Positions 9,213 through 18,930 of a DNA stretch of 64,000 bases are shown here, piece by piece (the first letter of the stretch is position 1; each line of letters opens with the position of its first letter). The notes under the pieces were generated by a model. The model was not told the origin of the DNA. It was given only the letters and a program-made list of their open reading frames with translations, and did not search any database. The translations under genes and the position numbers were made by a program. This stretch comes from Verrucomicrobiota bacterium. GTDB lineage: Bacteria; Verrucomicrobiota; Verrucomicrobiia; Limisphaerales; AAA164-E04. The stretch lies in NCBI GenBank assembly GCA_047947115.1, contig CP170459.1, forward strand, positions 2,240,001-2,304,000. Direction: 5' to 3'.

Positions 9213-11162
9213 ATGAAAATCAGTCGACGCAATGCTTTGAAGACCACCGCGGCAGGAGTCAGCGGCCTGTTGATCAGTAAGGATTTTTTAAAGGCGCAGG
9301 ATGCCGCCAAACCCTATGGGAACGACTTTCCCAATCTCGAATCTCTGACGACCGGCGAATGGTGGAAACGTCCCGGCAACTTGCAGACACCCTTGAAAAC
9401 AGGCCAAAAAGCTGCACCTCCCAATTTGAACGTCCCTCGGGACCAGGTGGTTTGCTTTGCGCTCTATGCCCACCAGGATGGTGTGCTCAAGATTACCGGG
9501 CAGTTGTTTCCATTGAAACCGGGCGAAGTGCGCGAAGCCCGTCTCGAGTTTAAGTTTCCCGGTCAGAACTGGAAGGAGGTTGCTCGGGCCGAGGTGCTGT
9601 ATCCGGGGTGGGATGTACATTTTCGGGTTGAGGATTGGGACGATACGCAGGATGTTCCCTATCGGTTGCTACACGGTGAAGAGGCGCAGTTTGAGGGGCT
9701 GATTCGAAAAGATCCGAAGGATAAGGATGAGATCGTCGTGGCCAACCTCTCTTGTAATTCCAGTCGAACAACCGGACCTCGCAGCGAAATTGTCGAAAAC
9801 CTCAGACACATTGATCCTGATTTGCTGTTCTTCGGTGGCGACCAGACCTATCGACACACGGAGCATACTGCGGGGTGGATCGAGTTTGGCTTGCAATACC
9901 GGGATATCATTCGGGATCGCCCGACCGTTTCCATTCCTGATGACCATGATGTCGGTCATCCGAATGTCTGGGGCGAGAACGGCATCGTTTCGACCATCGC
10001 CGGAAATGCCGACGGCGGATATAAATATCCCGTCAAATACGTCAATCTCGTGCAACGCCAACAGACCTGGAATCTTCCCGACCCGGTGGATCCCGACCCC
10101 ATCAAGCGGGACATCGGTGTTTATTTCACGAGGATCAGGGTAGGGGGTGTCGACATGGCTGTTTTGGAAGATCGGAAGTTCAAGAGTGGTCCGGCCGGAA
10201 AGATCCCCCAAATGGGGCCGCGCCCCGACCACATCAACGATCCGAATTATGATCCCAAAACCATTGATCTGCCTGGTTTGGAATTGCTCGGACAACGGCA
10301 GGAGAAATTTCTGGAACAGTGGTCCGAGGATTGGACCGGCGCGGAAATGAAAGGGGTTCTGTCTCAAACGGCGTTCTGTGGTGCCGTACACATGCATGGG
10401 AACCGCAACAATCGACTCCTCGCTGATCTTGATTGCAACGGGTGGCCTCAAACCCCCAGTCGCCGGGCGCTTGCCTTGATACGTCGTGCCTGGGCGGTGC
10501 ATTTATGTGGTGATCAGCATCTGGCTGTGGTGGTCAAGCACGGAATCAACGAGCACGGCGACGGTCCTTATGCCTTTACCGGTCCGGCATTGGTGAACAC
10601 GATTTACGGGCGCTGGTGGCATCCGGAAGATGAGAAGCCGGGGCCCAACCCGGTCCCCGACAGCCCGCTTCCCTGGACGGGCGATTTCAAGGACGGACTT
10701 GGGAACAAGATCTCAATGCTGGCCTATGCCAACGCCGAAGACATCAATGACGAACGCAAACGTGCGGACGGATTCGGAATCGCTCGTTTCAACAAGAAAT
10801 CGCGTGAAGTGACTTTTGAATGCTGGCCCCGGTTCTGTGATGTCCGGGATGGCGACAAGGCACAGTTTGCGGGGTGGCCGATCACTGTGAAACAGGAAGC
10901 CAACGACGATCGTAAAGTGGCAGGTTATCTTCCGGAATTCGTGTTTGCCGATGGAAAAGACCATGTCGTGCAGGTCATCAATGAGGCAAACGGTGAAGTG
11001 CTTTATACAACTCGCTCACACAATGGCCGCATCCAGCCGAAGGTGTACTCTGATGGTAAACATACAGTTAAATTCGGCAAGAATGTTCCGAATGCAAAAG
11101 TGCTGAAGGGTGTTCTTCCCAAGTCCAAAGCAAAGGCAGGTAGCCAGACGATAGAAGTGTGA
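9213..11162 (+). CDS. Tat-exported PhoD-like metallophosphatase
   Basis: SRRNALK twin-arginine leader; GDQTY, DDHDVG, EDRKFK and GDQH motifs. Confidence 0.8.
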   Translation: MKISRRNALKTTAAGVSGLLISKDFLKAQDAAKPYGNDFPNLESLTTGEWWKRPGNLQTPLKTGQKAAPPNLNVPRDQVVCFALYAHQDGVLKITGQLFPLKPGEVREARLEFKFPGQNWKEVARAEVLYPGWDVHFRVEDWDDTQDVPYRLLHGEEAQFEGLIRKDPKDKDEIVVANLSCNSSRTTGPRSEIVENLRHIDPDLLFFGGDQTYRHTEHTAGWIEFGLQYRDIIRDRPTVSIPDDHDVGHPNVWGENGIVSTIAGNADGGYKYPVKYVNLVQRQQTWNLPDPVDPDPIKRDIGVYFTRIRVGGVDMAVLEDRKFKSGPAGKIPQMGPRPDHINDPNYDPKTIDLPGLELLGQRQEKFLEQWSEDWTGAEMKGVLSQTAFCGAVHMHGNRNNRLLADLDCNGWPQTPSRRALALIRRAWAVHLCGDQHLAVVVKHGINEHGDGPYAFTGPALVNTIYGRWWHPEDEKPGPNPVPDSPLPWTGDFKDGLGNKISMLAYANAEDINDERKRADGFGIARFNKKSREVTFECWPRFCDVRDGDKAQFAGWPITVKQEANDDRKVAGYLPEFVFADGKDHVVQVINEANGEVLYTTRSHNGRIQPKVYSDGKHTVKFGKNVPNAKVLKGVLPKSKAKAGSQTIEV

Positions 11163-11224
11163 TTCCCAATGTAGCCGCTTTCCCAAGAAAGTGGCCAGAT
11201 GCATGCGATGATGCCGAAATGATT

Positions 11225-11350
11225 GCTTGGGTGCCACGCTCTGGCGAGCGCGGCTACGTGGGGGGGGCACAAGCAGGTGGGGGTTGGGGAGTAATGGGCC
11301 GAGTTTTGGAGAAGCTTGGGTGCCACGCTCTGGCGAGCGCGGCTACGTGG
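11225..11350 (-). repeat. Two identical 37-bp direct repeats (11225-11261, 11314-11350), GTAG-type REP type C
   Basis: The reverse complement contains GTAGCCGCGCTCGCCAGAGCGTGGC (GTAG plus imperfect palindrome). Confidence 0.9.
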
Positions 11351-11358
11351 ACGTCTTC

Positions 11359-13224
11359 TTAAGAATTTGGCTTCAGTGGGCATTCTACAAATCTGGTTTC
11401 ACCGGCCGGGATGATCAGTTCGAGCCAGCCGTTTTCTGTAGGGAACATTTTGGTTTCGGTCATCCATTCCATGGCGGATGAATGGGGGAACCTGGGTTTG
11501 ATTCGGATGTTGATTGCGGCTGCGGCATGAACCCTGGCGGGCTGGTCGCCGGTTTTGAAAACGCCGTCGTTGTTGACGAGTTCGATCACCCAGCCTTTAG
11601 AGTTGCGATTGATTTGATACTGTACGGTGTCGCCTGCGACTTCGAACGGAAGCAAATCGCGACTGATCCCGCTCAAGATTTCATCTGAAATGAGGGCAGG
11701 GCGTTGTGTGTCAGGATGTGTCCAAGGAGTAAGGACATCGACCTTGCCTGCTGCTTGCAGCTTGTTCATCCCTTCTTCACCGATTGTCTTTGCATGACGT
11801 GGATGCATGAGAATCCGGCTGCCTGCTTTGGCTGCCTTTTCCAACTCGAACAAAAAGAAATGCGAAAAGCGCATCTCGCCGGCGAGCAGGATGCAACCAT
11901 AACGGCTCATCGTCGCACCCGTGACCGTGTTCAACATGACATCCGCCATTTCTCCGAATGGAGTGGGGTTGAGATACTCATTCTCGGGATTGGATGCTTT
12001 GTCGGGATATTGAAATCGTTTGTTGGAGAAATACAACTGGCTTTCCAGCAAATCGAAGATTTCCCAATCACCTTCCGTTCGCTCCAGAACGCCCCAGGTT
12101 CGCTCGTGGAAGGGCGCGTAACCGGCCAGATGATCGAGTACGACGAGCAGGGGTGTGTAGGGATTGCCGCGGTCATGGTTTTGCATGAAGGTATGGATCC
12201 GTGCCGCCTCTTTGCCGTGTTCGGTCAGGGGCCAGGGACTTTTGGATGCTTCGAAAAAGCTGCTGATGCTGTTTTCCGGAGTCACCATCGCCGCTCCCGC
12301 GAACCAGCCATGCAACCACATGCGACGATACAGACTCAGCGAATGCCCGGCATCCTGACCTGAGGTGATGCTTCCTTCCTTCTTCAAGGGTCCCCGGGTG
12401 GTGACGCTCGGTCCAAACCAAGGACTCACTTGAACAGTCCATGGAATGTTCCATTGACGTGATGCGCCGCGCGCAAAGGCGAACTTGGATTGTGTGAAAC
12501 GAATGTTTTCACCGACCTCCAGTCCTATGGCCGAAGCTCCCCATTCAGCCGCGTATGCTTCGTAATGGGAGTGTCCGGTCACACTGATCACACGTCCGCT
12601 TTTGGCTTGTCGGTGCCAGTAGAAATACTCACGCAGTTGATCATAACATTCCTGGCGTGAAGCGGGCATGGGTGAAAAACCGCGTTGTTCCCTTGGAACC
12701 ATGAAAGCGTCCACCTGCTCCTCAAAATCATCTCCCAATACGGCCTTCCACCAACCTTCATTGGATGTCAGCTGATGAAAATGATATCCCCACTCGCCCA
12801 ATTGAATGGCTCCGAATTGGCCTGCTCGATCCAACACCCGCAAAGCCTCTTCGCCTGCCGGATCCAATACGCTGGTGCCGCCTTTTACCTGCATGCGACC
12901 GCCGTCCGGAGGGTAACAAACCACCGGCCAGCCAGCGTGTGCGATGGTTTCCAGCAGTTTGGCGGATTGCGCGCCCGCACCCGGGCCGGGGTCAAAGCCA
13001 TTGCCGAGATTGGATTCTTTCATGAAAGCGATCAGGCTTTCCAGTTCGTCGACATTTCCCGGAGAACCATAAAGCGAGAACACCACCGATGATTGCCCTG
13101 GGAGTAAGCGAGGCATCACCAGGGGATTGTCCTCTGACTGAACAGCAAACGTGAGAAACGATGCCAGCGATAGCATCAAGCCAGTTGTCGCAGTGGATAG
13201 ACCTATCTGGAAAAGGGATCGCAT
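11359..13224 (-). CDS. Secreted hypothetical protein
   Basis: 621-aa ORF with a hydrophobic N-terminus; no family recognised. Confidence 0.8.
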   Translation of the reverse strand: MRSLFQIGLSTATTGLMLSLASFLTFAVQSEDNPLVMPRLLPGQSSVVFSLYGSPGNVDELESLIAFMKESNLGNGFDPGPGAGAQSAKLLETIAHAGWPVVCYPPDGGRMQVKGGTSVLDPAGEEALRVLDRAGQFGAIQLGEWGYHFHQLTSNEGWWKAVLGDDFEEQVDAFMVPREQRGFSPMPASRQECYDQLREYFYWHRQAKSGRVISVTGHSHYEAYAAEWGASAIGLEVGENIRFTQSKFAFARGASRQWNIPWTVQVSPWFGPSVTTRGPLKKEGSITSGQDAGHSLSLYRRMWLHGWFAGAAMVTPENSISSFFEASKSPWPLTEHGKEAARIHTFMQNHDRGNPYTPLLVVLDHLAGYAPFHERTWGVLERTEGDWEIFDLLESQLYFSNKRFQYPDKASNPENEYLNPTPFGEMADVMLNTVTGATMSRYGCILLAGEMRFSHFFLFELEKAAKAGSRILMHPRHAKTIGEEGMNKLQAAGKVDVLTPWTHPDTQRPALISDEILSGISRDLLPFEVAGDTVQYQINRNSKGWVIELVNNDGVFKTGDQPARVHAAAAINIRIKPRFPHSSAMEWMTETKMFPTENGWLELIIPAGETRFVECPLKPNS

Positions 13225-13326
13225 CGGTCACTTATGCAGAGCAAATCAAGGGACGTCAATCAAAGTGAACAAAAACGATTCATTATCCACTCGAAAGTAG
13301 AGGTTTGAAATGCCACACTTTCGCAC

Positions 13327-15552
13327 ATGCCCATATCCTTTTTGAAAACGAAAGATCTCATCCCGCAGTCTATTCTGCTCATTGGGTGTGCTGTCATGAT
13401 TTTCACGTTGCTGCAGCAGTCCTGTCTGGCGCAAGGGCAGGATCAACTGGTGAACGTTTTTCGCTCCGCCGATCTGCCTCCGGTGATGCGTTTTTTGGAT
13501 GGTACCCCTGTGGAAACGCAGGAGGATTGGCAGCGTCGCCGGGAAGAAATAGCCCGTCTGTGGTGTGAAACCTACATTGGTCATTTTCCGGAGGAAACGC
13601 CCGACCTTCTGGAAGTGCATGTGGCTTCGGAAACACAGCGTCGGGACGGTGTGATAGTACGTGATGTGCGGCTGGAGTTTGATACCGCCAACCAGACTGC
13701 TTGTCATCTTCGCATCTTATTGCCGCCCATTGGCACAAAGCGCTCTGATCAGGCTCTGCCGTTGTTGTTGACCCAGCCCAGGAACTACCAATTGGCCTGG
13801 GGAGAGGCGGCGGTGAAGCGTGGATATGTTGTCTGCTACTATCCTGGAGTGGATTACAATCATCGTGAACAGGATTTTCCCGGATTTGAAAACACCTGGA
13901 AGCAATTCAAAGATGCCTGTCCGAATGCCACTTGGTCTTCGTCACTTGCCATTCAATCATGGATCGCCGGAAGGGCTTTGGATTATTTGTTGAGTGATCG
14001 GTTTGATCGAGACATCCATCCCGAACAGGTGGGAATCATCGGTCATTCGCGTTATGGAAAACAGTCGCTGTATGCGGCTGCGTTCGATTCCAGAATCAAG
14101 GCGGTCGTTTCACGCAGCGCTGGTTCACCTGCTGCAGCGGGTTATCGTTTTACCGGGCGGGATACGTTCATGGAGACCGTCATGGATGCTCCGACAGAGT
14201 GGGCACTGCCGAGTTTGAAAACTTACTTTGGACGCGAGCACGAACTGCCCGTTGAAAGCAACGGATTGCTGGCTTTGATTGCGCCCCGTGCCTGCATGCT
14301 GCATACGGCATACAACGATGGCAGCGATCCAACATTTGCCGTCGAACGGACGTATCTTTCAGCCAAACGTGCCTATCAATTCCTGGGACATACAGACAAA
14401 CTGGCCTTGGTTTATCGCGAGGGAAATCACAACCCCATCACGGAAGAACACATCGCGGTGAATCTGGACTGGTTTGATTGGAATTTCGGGCGCGGCAACA
14501 TCGACCGGAGCCGTTTTTCAGAGAAGTTGCTGCACCGTTTCGACTGGAAAGCTTGGCGAAAGCAACAAAGCAACGATGCGATGACATCTCCTGACAGTGA
14601 ATCCTCTTTGTTCGATCGAGTACAGTGGATGTTGGGCGAGGCGCCCGCTTGGGCAAAGGAGTCCGGTTCTTCACATCCATTGACAATCCTCAAGGAAGAA
14701 GATTGCGGCGTGGCGTTGTGGTCACGTGATCGGTGGAAGCCCAAAGGCGTGGTTCGAATGCCTGTCAGTTTTGGAGCGAACGTTCATGGAAATCTTGCTT
14801 TTCCAAAACAGCACGACAAACCTCTGCCGGTGGTGATCTGGCTGCACCCATTCAATTATTCACACGGATCCAACGAAGGATATGGTGTTGAAGGAACCTC
14901 CATCTACTATCAGCTAGCCCAGGCCGGGTATGCGGTGTTGAGTTTTGATCAAATTGGATTTGGGGATCGTTTGCTTGAAGGAGCGTCTTTCTATGATGAG
15001 TATCCCCGGTGGTCGAAATTGGGAAGAATGGTTTTCGATGTCCGATGTGCGGTGGATTTTGTCCGTGGCGGGCATGGGATTGCTGAAGGAGCAATGCCGG
15101 ACATGAATTCGGATAACATCACTTTGCTGGGTTATTCACTCGGAGGGATGTTAGCCTTGCACGCCGCCGCACTGGACGAGAGACAGCTTCAAGTGGCCAC
15201 ATTTTGCGGGTGGACGCCCATGCGTTCGGACGATGACAGCCAATTGACCGGAGGTATTCGCAGGTGGTGGGAGTGGCATGGATTGTTGCCCAAACTCGGA
15301 TTGTTTCATGAAAGGGAAAAGGTAATTCCTTACGATTTTGTTGATCTGTTAAAATCCATTTCGGACAGGCCGTGTCTTGTGTATTCCGCAACGAATGATC
15401 GGCAGGTGACACCTTCGGATGTGGTTGCTGCTGTCAACGAAGCCAAGATGCGGGCAGGTGGAATCTTGCAGTTCCATCACGTTCAGGACGTGAATCGGTT
15501 TCAGTCGGATCAACACAAGATATTGCTCGAGTGGCTGGCCCGGATTCGATAG
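13327..15552 (+). CDS. Two-domain alpha/beta hydrolase (CE15-like domain plus a second hydrolase)
   Basis: GHSRYGK nucleophile motif in the first half, GYSLGG in the second half; signal-like N-terminus. Confidence 0.8.
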   Translation: MPISFLKTKDLIPQSILLIGCAVMIFTLLQQSCLAQGQDQLVNVFRSADLPPVMRFLDGTPVETQEDWQRRREEIARLWCETYIGHFPEETPDLLEVHVASETQRRDGVIVRDVRLEFDTANQTACHLRILLPPIGTKRSDQALPLLLTQPRNYQLAWGEAAVKRGYVVCYYPGVDYNHREQDFPGFENTWKQFKDACPNATWSSSLAIQSWIAGRALDYLLSDRFDRDIHPEQVGIIGHSRYGKQSLYAAAFDSRIKAVVSRSAGSPAAAGYRFTGRDTFMETVMDAPTEWALPSLKTYFGREHELPVESNGLLALIAPRACMLHTAYNDGSDPTFAVERTYLSAKRAYQFLGHTDKLALVYREGNHNPITEEHIAVNLDWFDWNFGRGNIDRSRFSEKLLHRFDWKAWRKQQSNDAMTSPDSESSLFDRVQWMLGEAPAWAKESGSSHPLTILKEEDCGVALWSRDRWKPKGVVRMPVSFGANVHGNLAFPKQHDKPLPVVIWLHPFNYSHGSNEGYGVEGTSIYYQLAQAGYAVLSFDQIGFGDRLLEGASFYDEYPRWSKLGRMVFDVRCAVDFVRGGHGIAEGAMPDMNSDNITLLGYSLGGMLALHAAALDERQLQVATFCGWTPMRSDDDSQLTGGIRRWWEWHGLLPKLGLFHEREKVIPYDFVDLLKSISDRPCLVYSATNDRQVTPSDVVAAVNEAKMRAGGILQFHHVQDVNRFQSDQHKILLEWLARIR

Positions 15553-15619
15553 AGGCTGAATTTGACACCGTATTTCATACTGCCGTAAGTAGAGACGATA
15601 CGTCTTACCCGTGGGGCGT

Positions 15620-15895
15620 CAGGTAGATCGGACCGTCTCGGTCCGCACCTTGTGACTTACCTGCTCAAGAATGCCATCCAAAGGAAACTCTGACTTGGAG
15701 GCATCGCGTATGCCATATGGGCAAGCTTCGAAAGTAGCTGGTTATTCAGAATCTCAGGCTTCCCAAAGATCAATAGTGCTGGAATTCGGATGCCACAAGG
15801 GTGACGCTTCGGGGGCGAAACGTCCTACCCGGCTGATTGCCAGGGAGTTTGGATCGCCGAGATCCGCTCGCGACTGTCCGCGATGTGGATGTGGG
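15620..15895. repeat. Degenerate REPIN-like element
   Basis: CAGGTAGATCGGACCGTCTCGGTCCG ... CCACAAGGGTGACGCTTCGGGGGCGAAACGTCCTACC (to 15829), then a decayed left part of a further copy. Confidence 0.7.
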
Positions 15896-15994
15896 ATAAG
15901 CGAAATTAAAGGATTTTTAAAACTTCATGTAACTACTCTCTGGGCACATTGCGGGGGGCTTGACGGGTGTGGGGTGTCGGTGCAGCATCGGGTC

Positions 15995-17593
15995 ATGCAT
16001 GTTCGACGTCTCTTTTGTTTGTTCGCCATTTTGGCGTTGTACTTATGTTGCTACTCGACCGTTGCTCAGGAACTCAATCCTCCCGACGGTTTCCATGCCA
16101 TTTTTAACGGCAAAGATCTGACGGGGTGGTATGGCTGGAACCCGCATCAATCGGTCAAGTTGAAGGGGGATGAGAAAGAAGCCAATCTCAAGCAACAACG
16201 GGAAGAGTTTCCCAGGCACTGGCGTGTGGAAAATGGTGAGCTTGTAAATGACGGTCATGGTCCTTACGCCACAACTGAAAAGGACTACGGGGACATTGAG
16301 TTGCATCTTGAATACAAAACCGTTCCCAAGGCGGACAGCGGGATATATCTTCGGGGTACTCCTCAAGTGCAGATTTGGGATAAGAATCAGGTATTTGACC
16401 CAAAACGTCCGACGCGTCGCCCGCATCTTGGATCGGGTGGATTGTTCAACAACACACCGAACACACTTGGTCGGGATCCTCTCATGCTCATGGACAAACC
16501 CTTTGGTGAGTGGAATCAGTTTCGCATTCGTCAGGTAGGGGATCGGACCTGGGTCTGGTTGAACAATCGCCCGGTGGTGGACGGGGTGGTGATGGAGAAT
16601 TATTGGGATCGATCAAAACCTTTGCCTGCTTTGGGACCGATCATGTTGCAGACCCATGGAGGAGAAATTCGATGGCGAAATATTTTCCTCCGTGAAATCG
16701 AAAAGGACGAGGCAGAGCGTATTTTGTCCGGACGCTTTATTCCGAACCCGACGTACTATGATGTCCCGTATGGTCCGCATTCAAAGCAAGTGATGCATGT
16801 GTGGAAAGCTGATTCGGCCAAACCCACTCCGGTGCTGATGTTTCTTCATGGTGGCAGTTGGATGGCCGGGGGGCGTTTGAATGGGCTCGAATCAAGGCTG
16901 CATGCTTATCTGGATGCGGGGATTTCCGTTGTCAGTGTGGAATACCGTTTTATTGCCGAAGCAACAGAGGATGGAGAAGTTCCGCCGGTAAAAGGTCCTT
17001 TGCACGACGCTGCCCGTGCGCTGCAGGTCATCCGCAGCAAGGCGGAGGAGTGGGGGATCGATAAAGAACGCATTGGCGCTTCCGGTGGTTCGGCGGGTGC
17101 TTGTTCAAGTTTGTGGTTGGCATTTCATCCGGACATGGCGGATCCCAATAGTGGTGATCCGGTCTCGCGTGAATCGACGCGACTGTGGTGTGCGGCGGTG
17201 ATTGGTGCGCAAACCACGTTGGATCCGAAACAAATGCGGGACTGGACCCCGAACAGTCGTTACGGCGGTCATGCATTTGGTTTCACTGCGAAGGACGGCA
17301 AATCGCAGTTTGATGTTTTCTATGATGAGCGGAAAAAAATCTTGCCGTGGATTGCCGAGTATTCGCCGTTTGCGTTGGTAACGTCTGATGATCCTCCGGT
17401 TTACATGATCTATTCGGCGAAGCCAGCTTTGGGACAAAACCAGAAAGATCCGACACATACTGCGAACTTTGGTGTCAAATTGCAGGAACGTTGTTTGGAG
17501 TTTGGAGTTGAATGTGAACTTGTCTATCCGGATGCGCCTGATGTTCAACACAAGGATACGATGACTTACATGATTGACCGTTTGAAAAGATAG
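15995..17593 (+). CDS. DUF1080 (family-16 GH-like) domain fused to an alpha/beta hydrolase
   Basis: IFNGKDLTGW, DSGIYLRG and LQTHGG motifs, then HGGSW and GGSAG. Signal peptide begins at ATG 15995. Confidence 0.87.
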   Translation: MHVRRLFCLFAILALYLCCYSTVAQELNPPDGFHAIFNGKDLTGWYGWNPHQSVKLKGDEKEANLKQQREEFPRHWRVENGELVNDGHGPYATTEKDYGDIELHLEYKTVPKADSGIYLRGTPQVQIWDKNQVFDPKRPTRRPHLGSGGLFNNTPNTLGRDPLMLMDKPFGEWNQFRIRQVGDRTWVWLNNRPVVDGVVMENYWDRSKPLPALGPIMLQTHGGEIRWRNIFLREIEKDEAERILSGRFIPNPTYYDVPYGPHSKQVMHVWKADSAKPTPVLMFLHGGSWMAGGRLNGLESRLHAYLDAGISVVSVEYRFIAEATEDGEVPPVKGPLHDAARALQVIRSKAEEWGIDKERIGASGGSAGACSSLWLAFHPDMADPNSGDPVSRESTRLWCAAVIGAQTTLDPKQMRDWTPNSRYGGHAFGFTAKDGKSQFDVFYDERKKILPWIAEYSPFALVTSDDPPVYMIYSAKPALGQNQKDPTHTANFGVKLQERCLEFGVECELVYPDAPDVQHKDTMTYMIDRLKR

Positions 17594-17608
17594 GGATTTC
17601 GAAACCCT

Positions 17609-17810
17609 CCAGGGACGGCACGTCCTACCTGCGGGAGCCTCAGGTAGATCGGATCGTCTCGATCCGATCGCGAGCGGTAGCGATGCGGATGAGGGGGGTT
17701 CGAAAACCAAAGGCTTCCCAAAACGGAAACGTCTGGGATATCGGAACCCACAAGGCGACGCGCCAGGGACGGCACGTCCTACCTGTGGGGGGACCCAGGT
17801 AGATTCGATC
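17609..17810. repeat. REPIN-like element (17641-17783) flanked by partial copies
   Basis: Closely matches 7525-7667; fragments at 17609-17629 and 17796-17810. Confidence 0.9.
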
Positions 17811-17859
17811 TTCAGGCTTTTGTGAATGATGTGATCAGAGGAAATGAATCAGCATAGAG

Positions 17860-18837
17860 ATGAAACGTAGACAATTTATCAAGAGAGTGGGCGCCACAGG
17901 CGCATCCGTGGCTTTAACCTCCTGGCCCGTTTGGGCTCAGAATAGCAAGGAACCCTTGCGTTTCGGTGTGATCACCGATGTGCATAAAGACATCATGCAT
18001 GATGCCAATGAGCGGCTGACCGCATTTATTCAAGCCATGAACGAGGCAAAGGTTGATTTCATTGTTCAGTTGGGTGACTTCTGTGTGCCCAAGGAAGCTA
18101 ATCAGTCCTTTCTCGATATTTGGAATGGCTTTCAGGGGCCACGATATCATGTTCTGGGTAACCACGACACGGACGGAGGCTTTTCACGTGGACAGACGGT
18201 CGCCTGGTGGAAGATGGCTTCACGGTATTACGCCTTCGAGCAATCAGGAATTAAATTCATCGTGCTGGATGGGAATGACAGGCCCGAAAACCATGCCGGT
18301 GGCTATCCACGTTTTATTGCAGAAGATCAACAGCAATGGTTGTCCGCAGAGTTGGAAAAAACGGATCTTCCGGTCATTGTTTTCGTGCATCAAAGTTTGG
18401 AACGCGAGGATAGGGGCGGCGTGCAAAATGGGGGCGAAATTCGGGGAATATTGGAAAAAGCCAATGCCCTCGCCGGGAAACGTCAGGTCATCGCCTGCTT
18501 TTCCGGACATCACCATCGGGATTATGTGCGCACCCTCAACGACATTGTTTATCCACAAATCAACAGCGCTTCTTATTTTTGGGTGGGTGGGGATTACCAG
18601 CACATTCGTTACAGTGAGCAAGTGGACAAAAAGCATCCCTACATCAAGTATACGGTGCCTTACAAAGAACCCCTTTTTGGAATCGTGACGATTGATCGCG
18701 TTAACGGCACCATGAGCATGCAGGGACGGCGCAGTTCATTTGTCGGGCCTTCTCCCTGGGATCTGGGGCAAGACCGTGCGTACTGGGATGCCGATACTTT
18801 GACGGCGGATGTGTCGGATTGGAGCTTGAAGGTCTGA
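17860..18837 (+). CDS. Tat-exported calcineurin-like metallophosphoesterase
   Basis: KRRQFIK leader; TDVH, LGD, GNHD and GHHH motifs. Confidence 0.9.
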   Translation: MKRRQFIKRVGATGASVALTSWPVWAQNSKEPLRFGVITDVHKDIMHDANERLTAFIQAMNEAKVDFIVQLGDFCVPKEANQSFLDIWNGFQGPRYHVLGNHDTDGGFSRGQTVAWWKMASRYYAFEQSGIKFIVLDGNDRPENHAGGYPRFIAEDQQQWLSAELEKTDLPVIVFVHQSLEREDRGGVQNGGEIRGILEKANALAGKRQVIACFSGHHHRDYVRTLNDIVYPQINSASYFWVGGDYQHIRYSEQVDKKHPYIKYTVPYKEPLFGIVTIDRVNGTMSMQGRRSSFVGPSPWDLGQDRAYWDADTLTADVSDWSLKV

Positions 18838-18858
18838 AGGGGGATTCGGGTATCTGGC

Positions 18859-18897
18859 AAAAAAGAACTCGGAACCCCCCCGTTGGGATTCCGAGTT
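18859..18897 (-). terminator. Intrinsic terminator between convergent genes
   Basis: AACTCGGAA...TTCCGAGTT stem with a T tract on the minus strand. Confidence 0.8.
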
Positions 18898-18930
18898 GAA
18901 TTTCATGGGCAAAATGATCGAAGGGTTTGC

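Noticed and set aside
15671..15994. 108-codon N-terminal extension of the DUF1080 gene
   Set aside because: It runs through decayed repeat DNA, and a signal peptide starts at 15995.
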